This document shows, piece by piece, positions 1-13,430 of a DNA stretch of 64,000 nt (its first letter is position 1; every line of letters begins with the position of its first letter). A program made the translations under genes and the position numbers. The stretch is from the NCBI GenBank assembly GCA_964187785.1, contig OZ076409.1, positions 56,422,001 to 56,486,000 on the forward strand, read 5' to 3'. The notes beneath the pieces are model-generated. The model was not told the DNA's origin and did not search any database. It was given only the letters and a program-made list of their open reading frames with translations. This DNA is from Amphiscolops sp. MND2022 (lineage: Eukaryota).

Positions 1-1412
1 TTAAGGTTAAAAAGCAGACAGGTGGCCAATACGAGCTATTTTTTCACGTGAGTGTAGTCATATTAGAATCAATTACAGCAGATTTTGCGGTGTTTTAAAG
101 TACAGCAAACAAATTGACCATTATTGCTGTTGATGTAAATGAGGTTTTACAGTGAATTAAATAATTATGAGCAGTCTATGGCTATCGACTTTTGGCAGAT
201 ATCAGAATTTTTTTTGAATTTGGATGAAATTTGATTTCATGTGAAGAAAATTGGGAAGTAAAATTTGTATTAAAGCGCGTACTGGCACTTCAGTGGACTG
301 AAATCCTTGGCAGTATATCGCTCAAGGTTTTCAAGTCCTTGGCAGGATAAGTTAAGAATTCTAAGGACTGCCGAGAGAAAATCCAGACTCCGAAAAGTCT
401 CAAGTTTCTGCCAGACCTTAACTGACCAGTCCTTGAAATTTTTTGTTGGATATGTCGCAAATTCTCAAGTCCTTACAAGTCGTGGTCCAGTATTTGGTAG
501 TCCTTGAAAAGTTCGTCAAAAATGTCGAAGTTGTTTCACTGGCACAGCCATTAGAATTTTCAATGAGCTCCACATTTTATCTCCTAGGAAAATACCCTAT
601 TCAAACCAGCTTAAATTTATTTTCTGCTTTTATGGTCTGAAAACAGCCCGGCAGTTTTGCCACAGTTGAAACTGTTTTGCTTGACAAGTACTGGAAATTT
701 TACAATTCTCTACAGTCACGTTGCAGGATAAAAGCTGAAATCATTGTATTCACATAAAATGAGATCTGACGTGACTGAATGTTAATGAAAAGAACCATCT
801 GTGTATACTTCTTGTATACTCTAACGAGACGCTTCCGGGAAAAAATCCGGAACGTTGCAGCCTCAATTGTTCGTCAAACAAAATGTTGGAGTTTGTCAAA
901 TGTAGTTCATACAAATACGGATATCGGGTTCCAGAAAGGCAAGTTGAAGGTTCTAATCCTCGCGCCTGGTTCTAATCCCCACCCCAAGACATCAAATAGT
1001 AATAAATTTCAAGGCTTTAGCGTATTTTCGAATCTATATGGGAGGCTGACCATATAAACCCTATTGGCGTTTTCAGGTGCTGTCCGACTTTTTTGGATTT
1101 TTTCAAAATTCTCCAAAGGGTGCCCCCTCAAGTTTTATCCTGTTTTCAGTTATGGCAAAATGTTTTGAGAGCTTGAAGTGTTTTTCGGCACTGTGTAGCT
1201 TTGCTCGAAGGAAAAACTGTTCATCAATTTGGTTTCTCAGAGATGTTTTCAGTTACATAAAAGATTTGAGCACGAAAGTGTCTCTTTCGGTAATTCTTGG
1301 CACTCTTGTATTTATGAGATTTTACTCGGAAACGCCCTGAGGATATTCAAAAAACGTTGCAATTTTGAAATTTTAACCAGGCAGCCAACTTTACACGTTC
1401 TCATCTTGTTTG

Positions 1413-1962
1413 TTTTTTAGTCGGCGCATTTTAGTAGAAAATATGCCCGACTATTACAGTGGGTAGTTTTTTTAGACGCGTAAGGGCCACTTTTTTGTTC
1501 ATTTGTTCAACAACGTCAAACCTCAACAACTTCAAACCTCAACAACTCCAACCTCAGAAGCGCGTCCAAAACGAAAACAAAAAACAAAACAGACGTCCGC
1601 AACCTCGAAATCACATTAAGGATCCCCCACTTTTTTCGGAACTATGCGACTTTTTCAAACTTTTTGGATTGAAATTTTTTCCTCAAAGGGTCCCCCCTTC
1701 AATTTTGTTTGATGTTTTGCAACACAATGGATGTCAAAAAATCGCAAAGGGTCCCCCCTTTTACATTTTTCGGCACTGTGACACTGTTCAAAAATCTCAT
1801 TAAAAAAATTTTTTTGGGGAAATTTTTTCATGTCTCCAAAGGGTCCCCCTTCAATTTTTTAGATTTTTTGCAACCAGCTGGAGTTTCACAAAGCCCGAAG
1901 TGTCCCCCTTTTAAATTTTGAGCCTTAGATATGGCGCCGACTTTGGCCGATCTCGGCTTGTT
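1413..1962 (+). mobile_element. DINE-1/HINE-like non-autonomous Helentron
   Basis: Asymmetric sub-TIRs AGTCGGCGC (1419-1427) and GCGCCGACT (1934-1942), internal IR CCGACTA (1447-1453), AAACCTCAACAAC-type microrepeats, repeated AAGGGTCCCCCCTT units, 3' hairpin GCCGA-TC-TCGGC, CTTGTT end, T-rich flanks. Confidence 0.6.
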
Positions 1963-2369
1963 AGCTTATACTAAAAGACGGTATTTTTTGTTCATCTTAA
2001 AACTGGTTCAATACCCTACCCTTTTTCAAGAATTTTCGGCACAATGAGACCGCTTCAACAATCTCATGTTAGTCTGAAATTCGGGTTTTTCAGCATATAT
2101 ACACCATTTAATTTTTTCAACATCATTCGAGTTTTTGCATTATATCCGAACTATATTGCGTTTTTCTAAAGCGGAGAAAAATCAGGCGGAGGATCGAAAA
2201 CAAGCGAACTAATTCGTCTCAGCGGGAAACCTTCGGGTGTTTCGACGCTTTTTTAAGAGTAGTTTTTCATTTAAAATTCCTGAGAATATTTTAAGAACTT
2301 TGCGCTTTTTGAGCCTTAAGCAGGGCGCCGGTCGTGTTGCAAATAACGTCACCAGAACAACAGCAAGAA

Positions 2370-3400
2370 ACTACAGATGTCTCTTCTGAAAAACTTACTG
2401 GATACCATTGGAGTCATTTTGAAGAGTTTTTGTGACAAAAAGCTGCAATGTTCTCTTCATAAAGTTTACCGAATAGCTAGTTTTTAAATTTTGAACAATT
2501 TGGAGTTTTTACCCCCACGAAATCTCTCGGAAATATACAGAAGTAGCATGAAAAACTACAAAAATTTGAAATTTTCGGATTTTTTGATAATTTCAGGGCT
2601 GATTTGTTGCAATTTCTTTTACAGTATGTATTTATCTCTTGTCAAAAGCCTACTGGACATGAAATTTTTACTTTTTCAACAGTTTTCACCTTCTAATCCA
2701 CTGCTTTTATCTCTTCACAATCCTATCGGACAACAAATCCTTACCTTGTTGACTCTTTCAACATTCTAATCTACAAAACTTGTCGAAAAATTGAAAAAAA
2801 ATGCATAAAAACAATGAAAATTCTAAAGTTTTAGATTTTTTGTCCTTTTTGTGTCAATTTGACATATTTGTCAACCAGAAACCTGCAATGATCTCTTCAA
2901 AAAGCATAGTGGACAACCCATTCCACCCTGGTGGAACGTTTTCAACATTGTATTCCACGAAAACTGTCGATAATTTGACAAAAATTCCATAAGAACGGTA
3001 AAAAGTTTAAAATTTTGGAGTTTTTGTCACTTTCGCCGCCAATTTGAGATGTTTTCTTTTGAGAAAACCGCAAGTATCTCTTCGGAAAGTCTTTCGTTGT
3101 ACACCCTTTTCATTATTCCAGTCCACGAAGTCTATCGAAAATTCAACAAACATTGCATTAAAACTTTGAAAATTAAGAAATTTTGGAATTTCTGTTTTTT
3201 TGGTCAATCTGGGGTCATTTTGGTCATACCTAGAAAAATCCAAAAATCTCTACAAATACATATAGCATGAAGGTAAAGTTTTGTGAGTTGAATCTATGGG
3301 TATAAACCCTTTAACTTGAATATAAATTTGGAACATGGCACATTTTGTAAAGAAACCGTTTGATTCAAACAATTTCCTTTCCCATATGGAATATGGGCGA
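2370..3400 (+). repeat. Dispersed AT-rich repeat, homologous to about 33620-35330
   Basis: Shared blocks CAGATGTCTCTTCTGA..TACTGGATACC (2375 and 33628), CAAAAATCTCTA.AAATACATAT (3241 and 35156) and CCATATGGAATATGG (3382, 35308; variant near 57595). Confidence 0.6.
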
Positions 3401-3854
3401 AAACTAAAAACTGCAAATTTCCTATACAGAATAGTTTCAAATTCACCCTCTTCCTGAAAAGGTGTGAAACAACTTTCAATAGTTCAATGTGAGAGCAGAA
3501 CAGCATTCGACACTGGTTAGATCCACACTCCCAATATCTCCTTGATAAGACGTAATTTTTTTGGAAAAAGCATCAAATTTTCACAAGAAGCGCTTTTTTG
3601 TTGCTTCTACAGTAGATGAGAGACTCGTCTCCCTACGTTCAACAGTTTGAAAAAATACAAGACGCCCGCTAAGCACCGGGATATTTTCCTCCCTTTTCGC
3701 CTTCATAGCGATTTCATTACGATACACATGCCGGTACGAACTAACAGGATCCTGCTAGTTCGATTTTTGTCCAATCAGAGCGCGAATATTTTTTTTTGGA
3801 AGTTTTACACTTGTCAAGTTTGAGAGGGGATTAGGATCGAAACACTAAGATCTA

Positions 3855-4175
3855 AAATTTAGAGATTTTAGATCTTATTCCCTTTAGATCTTATTCCTGT
3901 CTTCAAATTTTAGATCTTATTCCTTTTAGATCTTAATCCCATTTTTACTTTAGATATTATTCCCATCTCAGTATGAAGGATGAAGGCTGAGCAGGGAGAC
4001 TGAGTAAGTGGAGTGGAGTTGTACAAAGTGGAGTTTTGGCAGAATTGGAAAAAAAAACGCAACACAGATGATGATTTTCCTCCCCCATTGAAAATGTGGG
4101 TCGGAAAATAAAAAAACGCAACATAGATGATGATTATCCTTCCCCATTGAAAATGTGGGTCGGAAAATAATAAAA
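3855..4175 (+). repeat. Short tandem TTTAGATCTTATTCC array followed by a ~59-bp tandem duplication
   Basis: About 5 TTTAGATCTTATTCC-like units (3867-3964) and two AAAAAACGCAAC.AGATGATGATT..CC.CCCCCATTGAAAATGTGGGTCGGAAAATAA units. A related copy lies at about 24673-24765. Confidence 0.8.
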
Positions 4176-6817
4176 GTTCGACATTGGCTATATTGAAACT
4201 GGCCTTGTTCACTTTCTGGTTATAGCAATTCGCTTTTTCAATAAGCTTTACATCAGCAGTGAAAAGTTTTCAGTAATTTTTTCGAAACCAGGAATAATTT
4301 GAACTCCTCACCCGTTTCCTGGCAAGACATTATATGCCGAGAATAAGTGTTTTGAAAATCAGATAAAGTTTTTTGTTTTTTATAAACTGCAAAGGTCTCG
4401 AAATGAAAAAATGTTCGTTTCATCTGCTCAAAGTCAATATGCAGTTCAATTCTCAATAAAATTTTGTTCACTAATAAAACAAGAACAAAAAGTGACGTGG
4501 CATTCAAATTTGAAAGAGTTGACAAAAATCCTCGAATTCAGTTTCTATGACAGTTCACCTCACAATGTTTATTCGGCAGTGTACTATGATGCTGTGTATA
4601 TTGGGCAGCATATTTTGAATACAGTTCAATACATCACTTTTGCAAACGCTGTTCCAAGTAAGAAATGATGGGATCAAAGGTTAGTTAAATCAAAATCTAT
4701 TTTTGAAAACAAAAATTCCAACAAAAAAAGTCAACAATACTTGGACATTATAAAATTATTGGAAGTAAAATCAATTCTTTTTTCCAAAGATTATACTGTG
4801 TCAATATGCCCCCTAAAAACCTCTCAAGACATTTTATAAGGCCTCGAAAACTAGAGGGTATCTCGGTATTCAGGACTGTTTGTATCACGTGTAATATATT
4901 TGCCTATCCACACAATATTTCAAAAAGTTTCGTTTACGAACATGAATGAGAATCGCAGCCGCTTCCAATTTTCATTTCAGTTTTTCCATATCTGACACAC
5001 TGATAGGTTCACTTTATAGTCCACAGTATTGGTGGGAAGTGTTTATATCGAGTTTCAAAGAAATCAACTGGTGAAATCACAGCCGCTCTTGATGAATTCA
5101 AAGTTCTGTACGACTCTTTTCCTATCTGACTTTCATGTTTCAGACTCTGCTTCGGCGTTCGTAAAATCTCTGGAGTGAACTCGGAGGACAAAAAATTTTA
5201 AAAATCCTACTGGGTCTTAGTAGAGTTGAAGTCATTGAGTCGCTTCAAAAAGGAATGACAAAAAGTCAATTTGGCATTAAATGAAAAAACTAGAACTGAA
5301 AACTATTCGCATGTACTAAATTTTGAGAATGTTTATCGGTCATAGCAAAAAAAGTAATAAAAACTATGTAAATTTTTAATGTTTTTCATTTTTGAAGTTC
5401 CAGTTCATGTGGCCTGAATATTGGATCTGAAGAATTTTTAAAAATCATGTCTGGAGCTTTTTGAGTTATAATGTGGATTGTTCTCAGAGACAATTGACAC
5501 TGATCGGTTAAATAATTAATTTCAAGGAAACAACGGGTAGAAGACAGAAGGACATAGGCGGCTGTTCGGATCTACCCCAGAAATGAAAATTTCATGACTC
5601 AAGACAATTTTTGCATTTTAATGGAAATTTGCGCACTGGTAAAAATTGCAGTTTTCCTTATTTGTAACATTGAACGGGAATACAGTTTTATGCATATAGA
5701 GCAAGCCGAAGGATATAAATGAAGGATAAAATTCAATTGGAAAAAGAAACAAACCGAGAAATGCTTGGACAGTGTCCATCCGACGTAACATCTAATATGT
5801 TTTTTTTTAAGTTTCTCGAAGAATATATATGAATCCTTTCATTCTTGGCATTTCAAATAAATTGCCTATCCTCAAAATAAAAGCGTCCTTCACAGAAATC
5901 TCTACACTCTTTCGATTCCAAAATTTCGTTTGAGAACAACAAATACGATTTAAAGTTCCCAAAGTTTATATCACAATTTTTAGGTGAACTGGTAATTTTA
6001 CAGGTGTTTTACACAATTTTAGTTTGCAGTCCTCATGTGTTCAGATCTGAAGAATCGACATTCAAGTGCTGACATTTTTTTCTGAAAAGCGAGAATTTGC
6101 ATGTAACTACATTTGGGGGTGCATTGAGGAGGGATATTCATGACTTTGGAGTGTTACTTGATTCAGAGTGGATGTTAGTTGAAGAAGGATGTGATTGATC
6201 GTCGAGAGAATGCTTGCAAGAATTGATGGTTTTTTCTTGAAGAAATATATCTCACAAAAGCTCTTAATTCGAGCTAATTCTCAACCCGATCAATAGCAGT
6301 GTTTGAATCTTTGAGCGGCTTAGAAGATAAACAGAAAAAAAACAGTCTAAAAATCGCGTGCTCCGTCGGCGCGGCTCAATAAAAAATCGTTTCACCCTGT
6401 TTCGCAGCCTCTTGCCTTTTGAAATTCGCTATACTAAAATACCCTTAGGACGACTTTTTGTCGCAACGACAACCCATTGATGCAAGTTGCTGATCAAGCT
6501 GGCAATCATTTATTTTAAATCCCTAAACTGCTTCGAATTTTCCTACCAGCGAAACAATTTGGTTCACAAATTTCAACTTGAATTATGCTGAGAACAATAT
6601 TACGAAATTCGGAACGATCATTGTGTTTGGGGAATTTAAAAGTTGTAAATGTTTAAAGAGCTGCCACTCAATGGGTGCCTTTTAGAACTGAATTTACCCA
6701 TATTTATTTGAAGGTTATGAGGGTAGATACTTCTGGTCCATAAAAAAGGTGAAAATTAATCTGTTATCCTAATTAAGTAAAAAACTGAGTTGTTGTTGGT
6801 ATACAACATAGACTTAC

Positions 6818-6962
6818 CGCTGTATCCGTCGCGACAGTGACATTTTGGTTCCTTCGCGGGTCCCATGAGGAGAACACAATTCCCGCCATTTTCACAGCTT
6901 GTGCCCAGACATTTGTCTTCGTACTGACACTTAGCCCCGAAAAAGCCAGGGTCACAGATGCA
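6818..6962 (-). CDS. Exon E of multi-EGF-repeat protein
   Basis: Acceptor TTTTTTTTTCAG, donor GTAAGT. Translates CICDPGFFGAKCQYEDKCLGTSCENGGNCVLLMGPAKEPKCHCRDGYS(G), completing the EGF domain begun in exon D. 145 nt, phase 0 to 1. The next exon was not found in the window. Confidence 0.93.
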
Positions 6963-8624
6963 CTGAAAAAAAAACACACTACTTGGTTTGTTTGTGTATA
7001 AGTGCCAACAATGTACCTGTGCGAAGACATTAAACGGGGTGTGGTGAAAATTTCATTTCTATCCCATCTGCGAGAAAACCACCGTAGACGCACGTCCAAT
7101 TTTATGAAAGTACACACAAAAAGGCTACAGTTTTGAAGTTAAAGCACCAGAGGTTGAGAAACAAAGTGAAGAGTTTTATATAACTTTTCCAAAAACGTGC
7201 AACAAAAAGATATATACCGTTTTATCCGGGCTGAATGCTCGTCGAGAATTGAATGAAGCTCTATCAATTCAGCATCAAGCCAAAAACAGGGACTAATTTA
7301 GCTTTTACTTTATGAGCCAACGCTTTTTCATGAATAATTTCACTAAAACTTGACGCCTTTTAAATTACGCGACATTTCGGAGTGCAAATTGTTGTCAGAT
7401 TGTTGGACCTCGTTTGCATTGCTAAATTAGGTTGATTTTTTCCAAGTTCACTGCCAATTATGTGCAAAGCAATAACAGTCACTTTCTATGCCCTAGATAA
7501 CCCTCAAGCCAAGCATGACATTTGACAGATTGAGATTATATCTGGTTCGCAGTTGTGCAGAGAAAAAGCGAAAACAAAACAGTTGGACGTTTTCAATCAA
7601 AAAGTTTTACATTTTCTTTGTTTAAAAATAGTTAAATTATATTATTAGCACACAAAATTTTATGAAAAAGTATAAATGAAGGTTTGGGATCCAGCATCAC
7701 TCTGAGAACATCTTATGGCTTTCTGTTTAGAGCTAGTAAACAGTAATACTTTCGAGTGCTATGGATGTGTAATCAAGTTTTTTTTGAGTTTATAACTCCT
7801 GTTTTCAGTTCGAATAACTTCCTAGTTTGAAATTGAAGTTACTGAGAAGTCAAACCGGAAATTCAAATGGAAGGCACATTAGCGTCGTTTTGTGATTTGG
7901 AGGCGTTTCAATTTCGCAAATGAAAGAAAGTTATCCCAAGTACTTTCTGGGAAGTTCCGAAATCATTAGGCTTTAATTGGAGCTCAGCTGACTTCCGCTT
8001 TTAGCTAACGTTTTCAAAGTTAGCTGCCAATTAATGACGGATTTCATATGATGTAGCCGGAAGACGATCTCTGTTGATACAGCGTCGGCAAAATTTTAAA
8101 GATGACTTGTTATCTGAGATTCGTTTCATATATTTCCTTAGGATAAATTAACCGGCGAAAGTGAAATAACCCGAGGTTACATTTTTGCCCTCAATTGAAC
8201 TTGTCTTTTGGGATTATCATTTGATATCATGTTCTTGTTCGAAGTTTTTCAGCTTCTAGTTTACATCAACATCATTTTCCGCTCCCAAGCAAATCCCGCA
8301 GAAGGCGTTTTAATCACAAGTTTTTGCCATAGCCTAACTTTATACTCAGATAGTTTCTTCTACGAAATTGAAAAACCAAAAAATTAGGTTCGTAGCATAT
8401 GTATTTAGGTATGGAGATATCTGAATTCACTTTTCAAAAAGCAGCACATCAAAAATGTGCCAAAATGTGGAAGTTTTGAATTTTGGCGTTTTAGAAAATC
8501 CCATCATTTTTGCGCGAAGTACATACGATAGACAGCACTATGATAATCATGTTTTTAGACCGCCGGAATAGTGAAAACAGCTGAACAGGCTGACAAAGCA
8601 TGCTTCGATATGGCTTATTTGGCA

Positions 8625-10075
8625 AACTAAGTATTTACTTTAAGTAAACGAAACGTCTTAGGCAAAACTACAAAGTTATGGAGTGACGTCAGCGATGAAA
8701 TGATTCGAATTGGCGAAGTCAGAGTTGAAAGTCCCACTTTTAAGCGAAAATATTCTAAGACACGAGATTCGGAAACAGAGGGGGAAAAATTCGGCGGACC
8801 CCCCCAGTCAGGTTTTTCTTGAGACTATTTATTGTAGAGACTTGAAATTTGGCACACGTATACCTGAGCTGTTATGTTACCGACCTATAAAAACGGAACC
8901 GAGCCGAAACCCCCCAGCCCCGGACTATTAGCACCGGAAGTGACCTAAGTCGACCCCCCTACGAACTCATTGGCGAAACACGGAATAAGTCATAGTATAT
9001 ATGGAACTGATAGCCCATAGGATATAAAGCCGTATGCGCATGTTTTCGAAACCATACGACGCTTGCAGGAGTAGCACGGACCCTATGTAAATAAACCCCG
9101 AATGTTACGTAAATAGCCACCGGATGACCCGAAGATCATGAAACTTACCCAATATGTTCACATAGCAATCCTAAGTAATATACATGAAAGATACATTGAT
9201 CGGTTCACCACGCGCGGAGTAATGTTTGGTCAAGGCACGCGGGACCGGACGCGCGGGCCCGACCGATAAAAGACATTTGACCTTGGCTTGTAATACCTCA
9301 AACGAACCGGAAGAACGAATATAGTCGATTGGTAATAAGAACGGAACTGTAATTCTAACCCATGCGGGGGTAGCCGCCTTAAGTAAACAAAAGATACGCA
9401 TATCATTTAACTCGAAGACTATTGACCCTAGGACGATATAACTTTGCATGTAGCAACCTTGGACGAGGACAAATAACTTCAAGGTCACCGATGGACCTCA
9501 AGGTCATTTTAGATGCAACCCCGGAACATATGAAAGAACTTACGATAAAACATGTAAATCAGCGTCTTTAGGTGATAATTTATGCAATCCAGTCAGGCGA
9601 GAGAATTCGCGATGCACCGTGCTCAGAATAAAAGAAAATTACCCCTTACGTGTAGAAAACATGTAAACCATGTAGTTGAAGGTCATCGAACAATTGTCTC
9701 GATATTAGAAATATCTCGGGTGACTTGAATTATTATTGAAATGTGGACTTCGATCAAGATGTGAACTATTTGTCGTTGGCAGCAAAGAATGTTCAGCCGA
9801 AGTATAATTAGAAGCGTTCGCCTTGCCATAAAAGAAATAGTAAACATGAAGGTAAACTCATGCAAATTTAAGAAGCCGACGCCCTGTATGTAACGAAAAT
9901 GTCAAGTATAATAGAAAGTTAAGATGAAACCACCCAGAACACGCGCGACGAACAAATATAATTGAGGCGGATTTGAAGTATACCGATGAGACACAACCGA
10001 GTTAGAGAGCTACAAGCAAGTTGAGCCTCAAGACGGGGGCAAGAAACTTGGCTTCGCTATAAGAACTGGTTTGTC
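8625..10075. mobile_element. Probable non-autonomous rolling-circle-like repeat (boundaries approximate)
   Basis: Block richer in GC than its flanks, with no coherent ORF. Carries TTGAAATTTGGCACAC, ATGAAACTT and repeated CAAGGTCA/TGACCTTG motifs of the kind seen in invertebrate HINE-type repeats. Confidence 0.35.
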
Positions 10076-11045
10076 GTTAGCTCTATGGATCGAATTTGAA
10101 CAAGTCTGGGACTTGTGTTTTTGCGCTTCAAATTAGTTGACTGAATCGTGGATCTCAGTGTTAGCTAGTTTTGTTATATTGATCTGATAACGATTGAAGA
10201 AACGTTTTGGTTATCGCTATTAAAGTTAATTGGATTATTGAACATCTCTTTTCGTGATCGATTGTTTTGAGCCGAAAAACTTGAGCACTGGAGAGACTTT
10301 GGATAAGCGAGAACACGATAGAAATAACCGAACTTACTCACCAAAAATCCTTTTTCTGATAGAGTTAGATTCTTGGGAAAATCTCTCCGCCCTCGAAATC
10401 TAAAATTTCTACACAAAATGTGAAAAACGGCAATTTTAATTCTGTTTTTGACCTTTAATGCAATTTTTGTACATTAAATCCGCAATGTTCAACGACTGAA
10501 TAATGAATTCCTTGGAATATTTTTTCAAACAAAAAATATGCATACTTTTTTCAAACAAAAAACAAGTTTTTTGAAGAGCCTAAAATGTACCAATGCTTCG
10601 ACTGTTCGAATTTTTGCTAGTTTTGAACGTTTTCGTCACCATAAGTTTGTTGGTTACGCTCGAGTCCTAAATATATTCTTTGCTCAAAAACTTCAGAGCT
10701 GATGGTGTCATGGCGCTCTGTCGTCTTTTTTGATTTCATATGGGTTGTCGCCTGATACGATTTGTCGTTGTACGATGCAGAAGAGGTGTCGTGGGGAAAC
10801 GAGGTTTTTTTCTCACTAAACTGGCTGATATTTTGTTTCATAATTTGAGAAAAGTTGATAATATTGAAAGAAGAGAGAATATTTTCAAATGTATATTAAT
10901 CATTACATTTATTTGACAATGTCACAGCTGATGCATCAAAATGAACAACGAAGGAGCAATAATGCATCTTGGGTCCTCGTAAGTAAATAAGAAAGTAAGT
11001 AAAAGAACACTGAATGTAAAAGAACTAAAATTTATCAAGACCGTG

Positions 11046-11592
11046 CCCTTGTTGAAACTGCTAGAACTTTTTGCATGTACTTTAATGTTGCTAGCAACTT
11101 TTATTACTATTTTCTAAAACTCTTGCAGAAACGTTCATGCGAAAATATTTCCTTGTTGTATTTAACATTTATCAAGCTGCTTAAAAAAATCAATGTTTTG
11201 GCAACGATTTTAGGCCTTGAATTTTTGCAGGTTTCATTAAGCAGCAGCTATCATTTTAAAAGGAAATAAATTGTTACCAGTTTTACCGCTAATTTAATGC
11301 ACAAATAAATTCAAAAAAGTAGTAAACTGCAAATTGGCGTCATGTTTAGCGTGCTATCTGAGAAGCGGTGATAACATCAGATGAGTAGTTGAGAAAACAA
11401 AGTGTGAATACAAAGTAATCGTGTCGGTAATGTAGTGGAATTTATATTCACAGTTAATTGCAGGAGTGGAAAATGCAGTGTAATTGTATATGAAATACCA
11501 CCCAAAGTTCACTGAATTTTCTAGGTTTTATAACAAATTACCCTGCAAGCAGGCCTGCAGCATGTAAAACGTTCCTGCAGTTTCAACTAGGG
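11046..11592. mobile_element. TIR MITE of the same terminal family, 547 bp
   Basis: CCCTTGTTGAAACTGCTAGAAC...GTTCCTGCAGTTTCAACTAGGG, flanked by TG and TA. Confidence 0.7.
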
Positions 11593-11594
11593 TA

Positions 11595-12050
11595 GCGAGA
11601 TTGGTTGAACTTTTTACAGCTGCATGGAAACATGCGGGCTATTTTTTTTCACAAAACATAAAAAATTCAGGAAGCATATATGGAAAAATTTTGTAATATT
11701 ACCATGTAGTTTCCACTAATTCACTTAAACTGAAAACATTTCCACATCTTCACTGTCGCGATCACTTTGATTTCACTCTTAAGTTTCTCAAGTGAGTACC
11801 TTATATAATCACCGTTTGTCAAATAGCACGCCGAATATGACACTACTTTGAAACCTATATGACTAAAGTTTTTTGCATTGAAATCGCGGCAAAATTGATG
11901 AGGTATCAACTGCTTTCAAAATTAGAACTGCTTCTGAATGAAAAGTGCAAAATTTCACAGCTCGGAATTGCCGCCAAATTCAGGATGTATCCTATAGGCA
12001 GCTTGATAAAATCAAATCTAATGAACTTTAAATGCATGGAAATTTCCTAA
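11595..12050. mobile_element. Truncated copy of the 25632-26180 MITE, in opposite orientation
   Basis: GCGAGATTGGTTGAAC...GCTGCATGGAAACATGC...CACAGCTCGGAATTGCC aligns by eye with the reverse complement of about 25740-26175. Confidence 0.7.
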
Positions 12051-12456
12051 GTAATTTTATAAAATCGCGTAGAACCAGCTTAGTAACCCAAACAAACTTC
12101 CTATATTGGGTATAGAATCTGAAATCTACCCAATTCAAATCGTAATTAACTGCTGGGTCCATCCTCATTTTGAAGTTGTTCACCTCTTTTAATTTGATTT
12201 ATATCGCTGAGGTTCGAATCAAGTTTCCTTAGATCCTTGGGCAGTGAGTTCCAGACGGAAATAATGCGCTTGAAAGAAACCGCGAGGAAGTTGAAACTTT
12301 CATTTTTGTTCTATAGTAGTTCATATTCACAATTCTAACTTGGAAAAAAAATGAAAAGTGCTTGTTATCTCAAATATACAAAAAACATATTTCTGCCATA
12401 CAAGTCTGTTCATTGGTTTGTTTTATGTATTTCATGTCTTCAGATATTATTGTAAC

Positions 12457-12800
12457 CTTTGCATTCGAGGACGATAGCCTCTCGCATCTGCCTTTGCCAG
12501 AACATGTCATTGGGTCTCTGCAGGGGTTGATATCCTGACACCGGTCACCTTCGAAGGGGGAACTACACTCGCACACCCCTTTGTTGGTGCACTTTCCCCC
12601 ATTGAAACACTCCACGTCCTTGGTGCACGAGGCCCCGACTGGAAAAGCCGAGGTGTCAAGAGGTCGACACAGTGAATGCTCAGTCGTGGTGTTGAGACAG
12701 ACGAAGTTGACCGGACACTGTTTTGGGTTCATACAAGGGTTCGTGAACTCACATCTGTCTCCCGTTGAAAGACCATCTCTGCACTCGCATTGGTAGACGC
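12457..12800 (-). CDS. Exon D of multi-EGF-repeat protein (EGF domains plus a 4-Cys module)
   Basis: Acceptor TTTCTCCTGCTAAG, donor GTTACA. G+GC joins exon C (...CVLMDDRLG-VYQCECRDGLSTGDRC...) and the exon ends ...CERLSSSNAK. 344 nt, phase 1 to 0. Confidence 0.9.
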
Positions 12801-13430
12801 CTTAGCAGGAGAAACATCACACTTGAAATTGGTGGAATAAAATCACACCAATCACAAAATTGTTTTCGTTAAACACTGAATCTGGACAGCAGTCAGAAAT
12901 ACTACTAGACGCACTTTTACTATTTTAGCATTAAAAAGCTAGCACATGTTCCAAAATTGCACCAAATTTCAAAAGTCTTTTTAGAATTTTAGGCACTGAG
13001 TCTCAGAAACGTTTAGATGTCTTTATAAAGGTATCTGCTACGAGATCCATTTTTGTCGCGGAGTTCTGTGGAAGCTTTTCTATTTTCTGACTCGAAAACA
13101 CTATGGCAAACTTTAACAGAATGCCCGGCTGGGAGAAACATTGTTTCCCATATGATGAATTGAAAAAAAATGGGCGGGAAAAATGTTTTCTGCTGGTGAA
13201 AAAGTTTTTGAAGAAAAGTTAGTTTATGCTGTAAAATTATGCATTGATAAACCGTCCAAAAATGACTCTGAAATCCTTTTTCTTGCATGGGAGGCTGATA
13301 TAAGAAAAGCTGAAAGTTTCAGCCGAGTATGTGTGTTCCTTAGACGGATTTGAAGGGAAAAGCCTGGGATGTCAATCTCGTAAGCAGCGCTTGGAAGTTG
13401 CTTTTAATTAGTACATACATACATACATAC

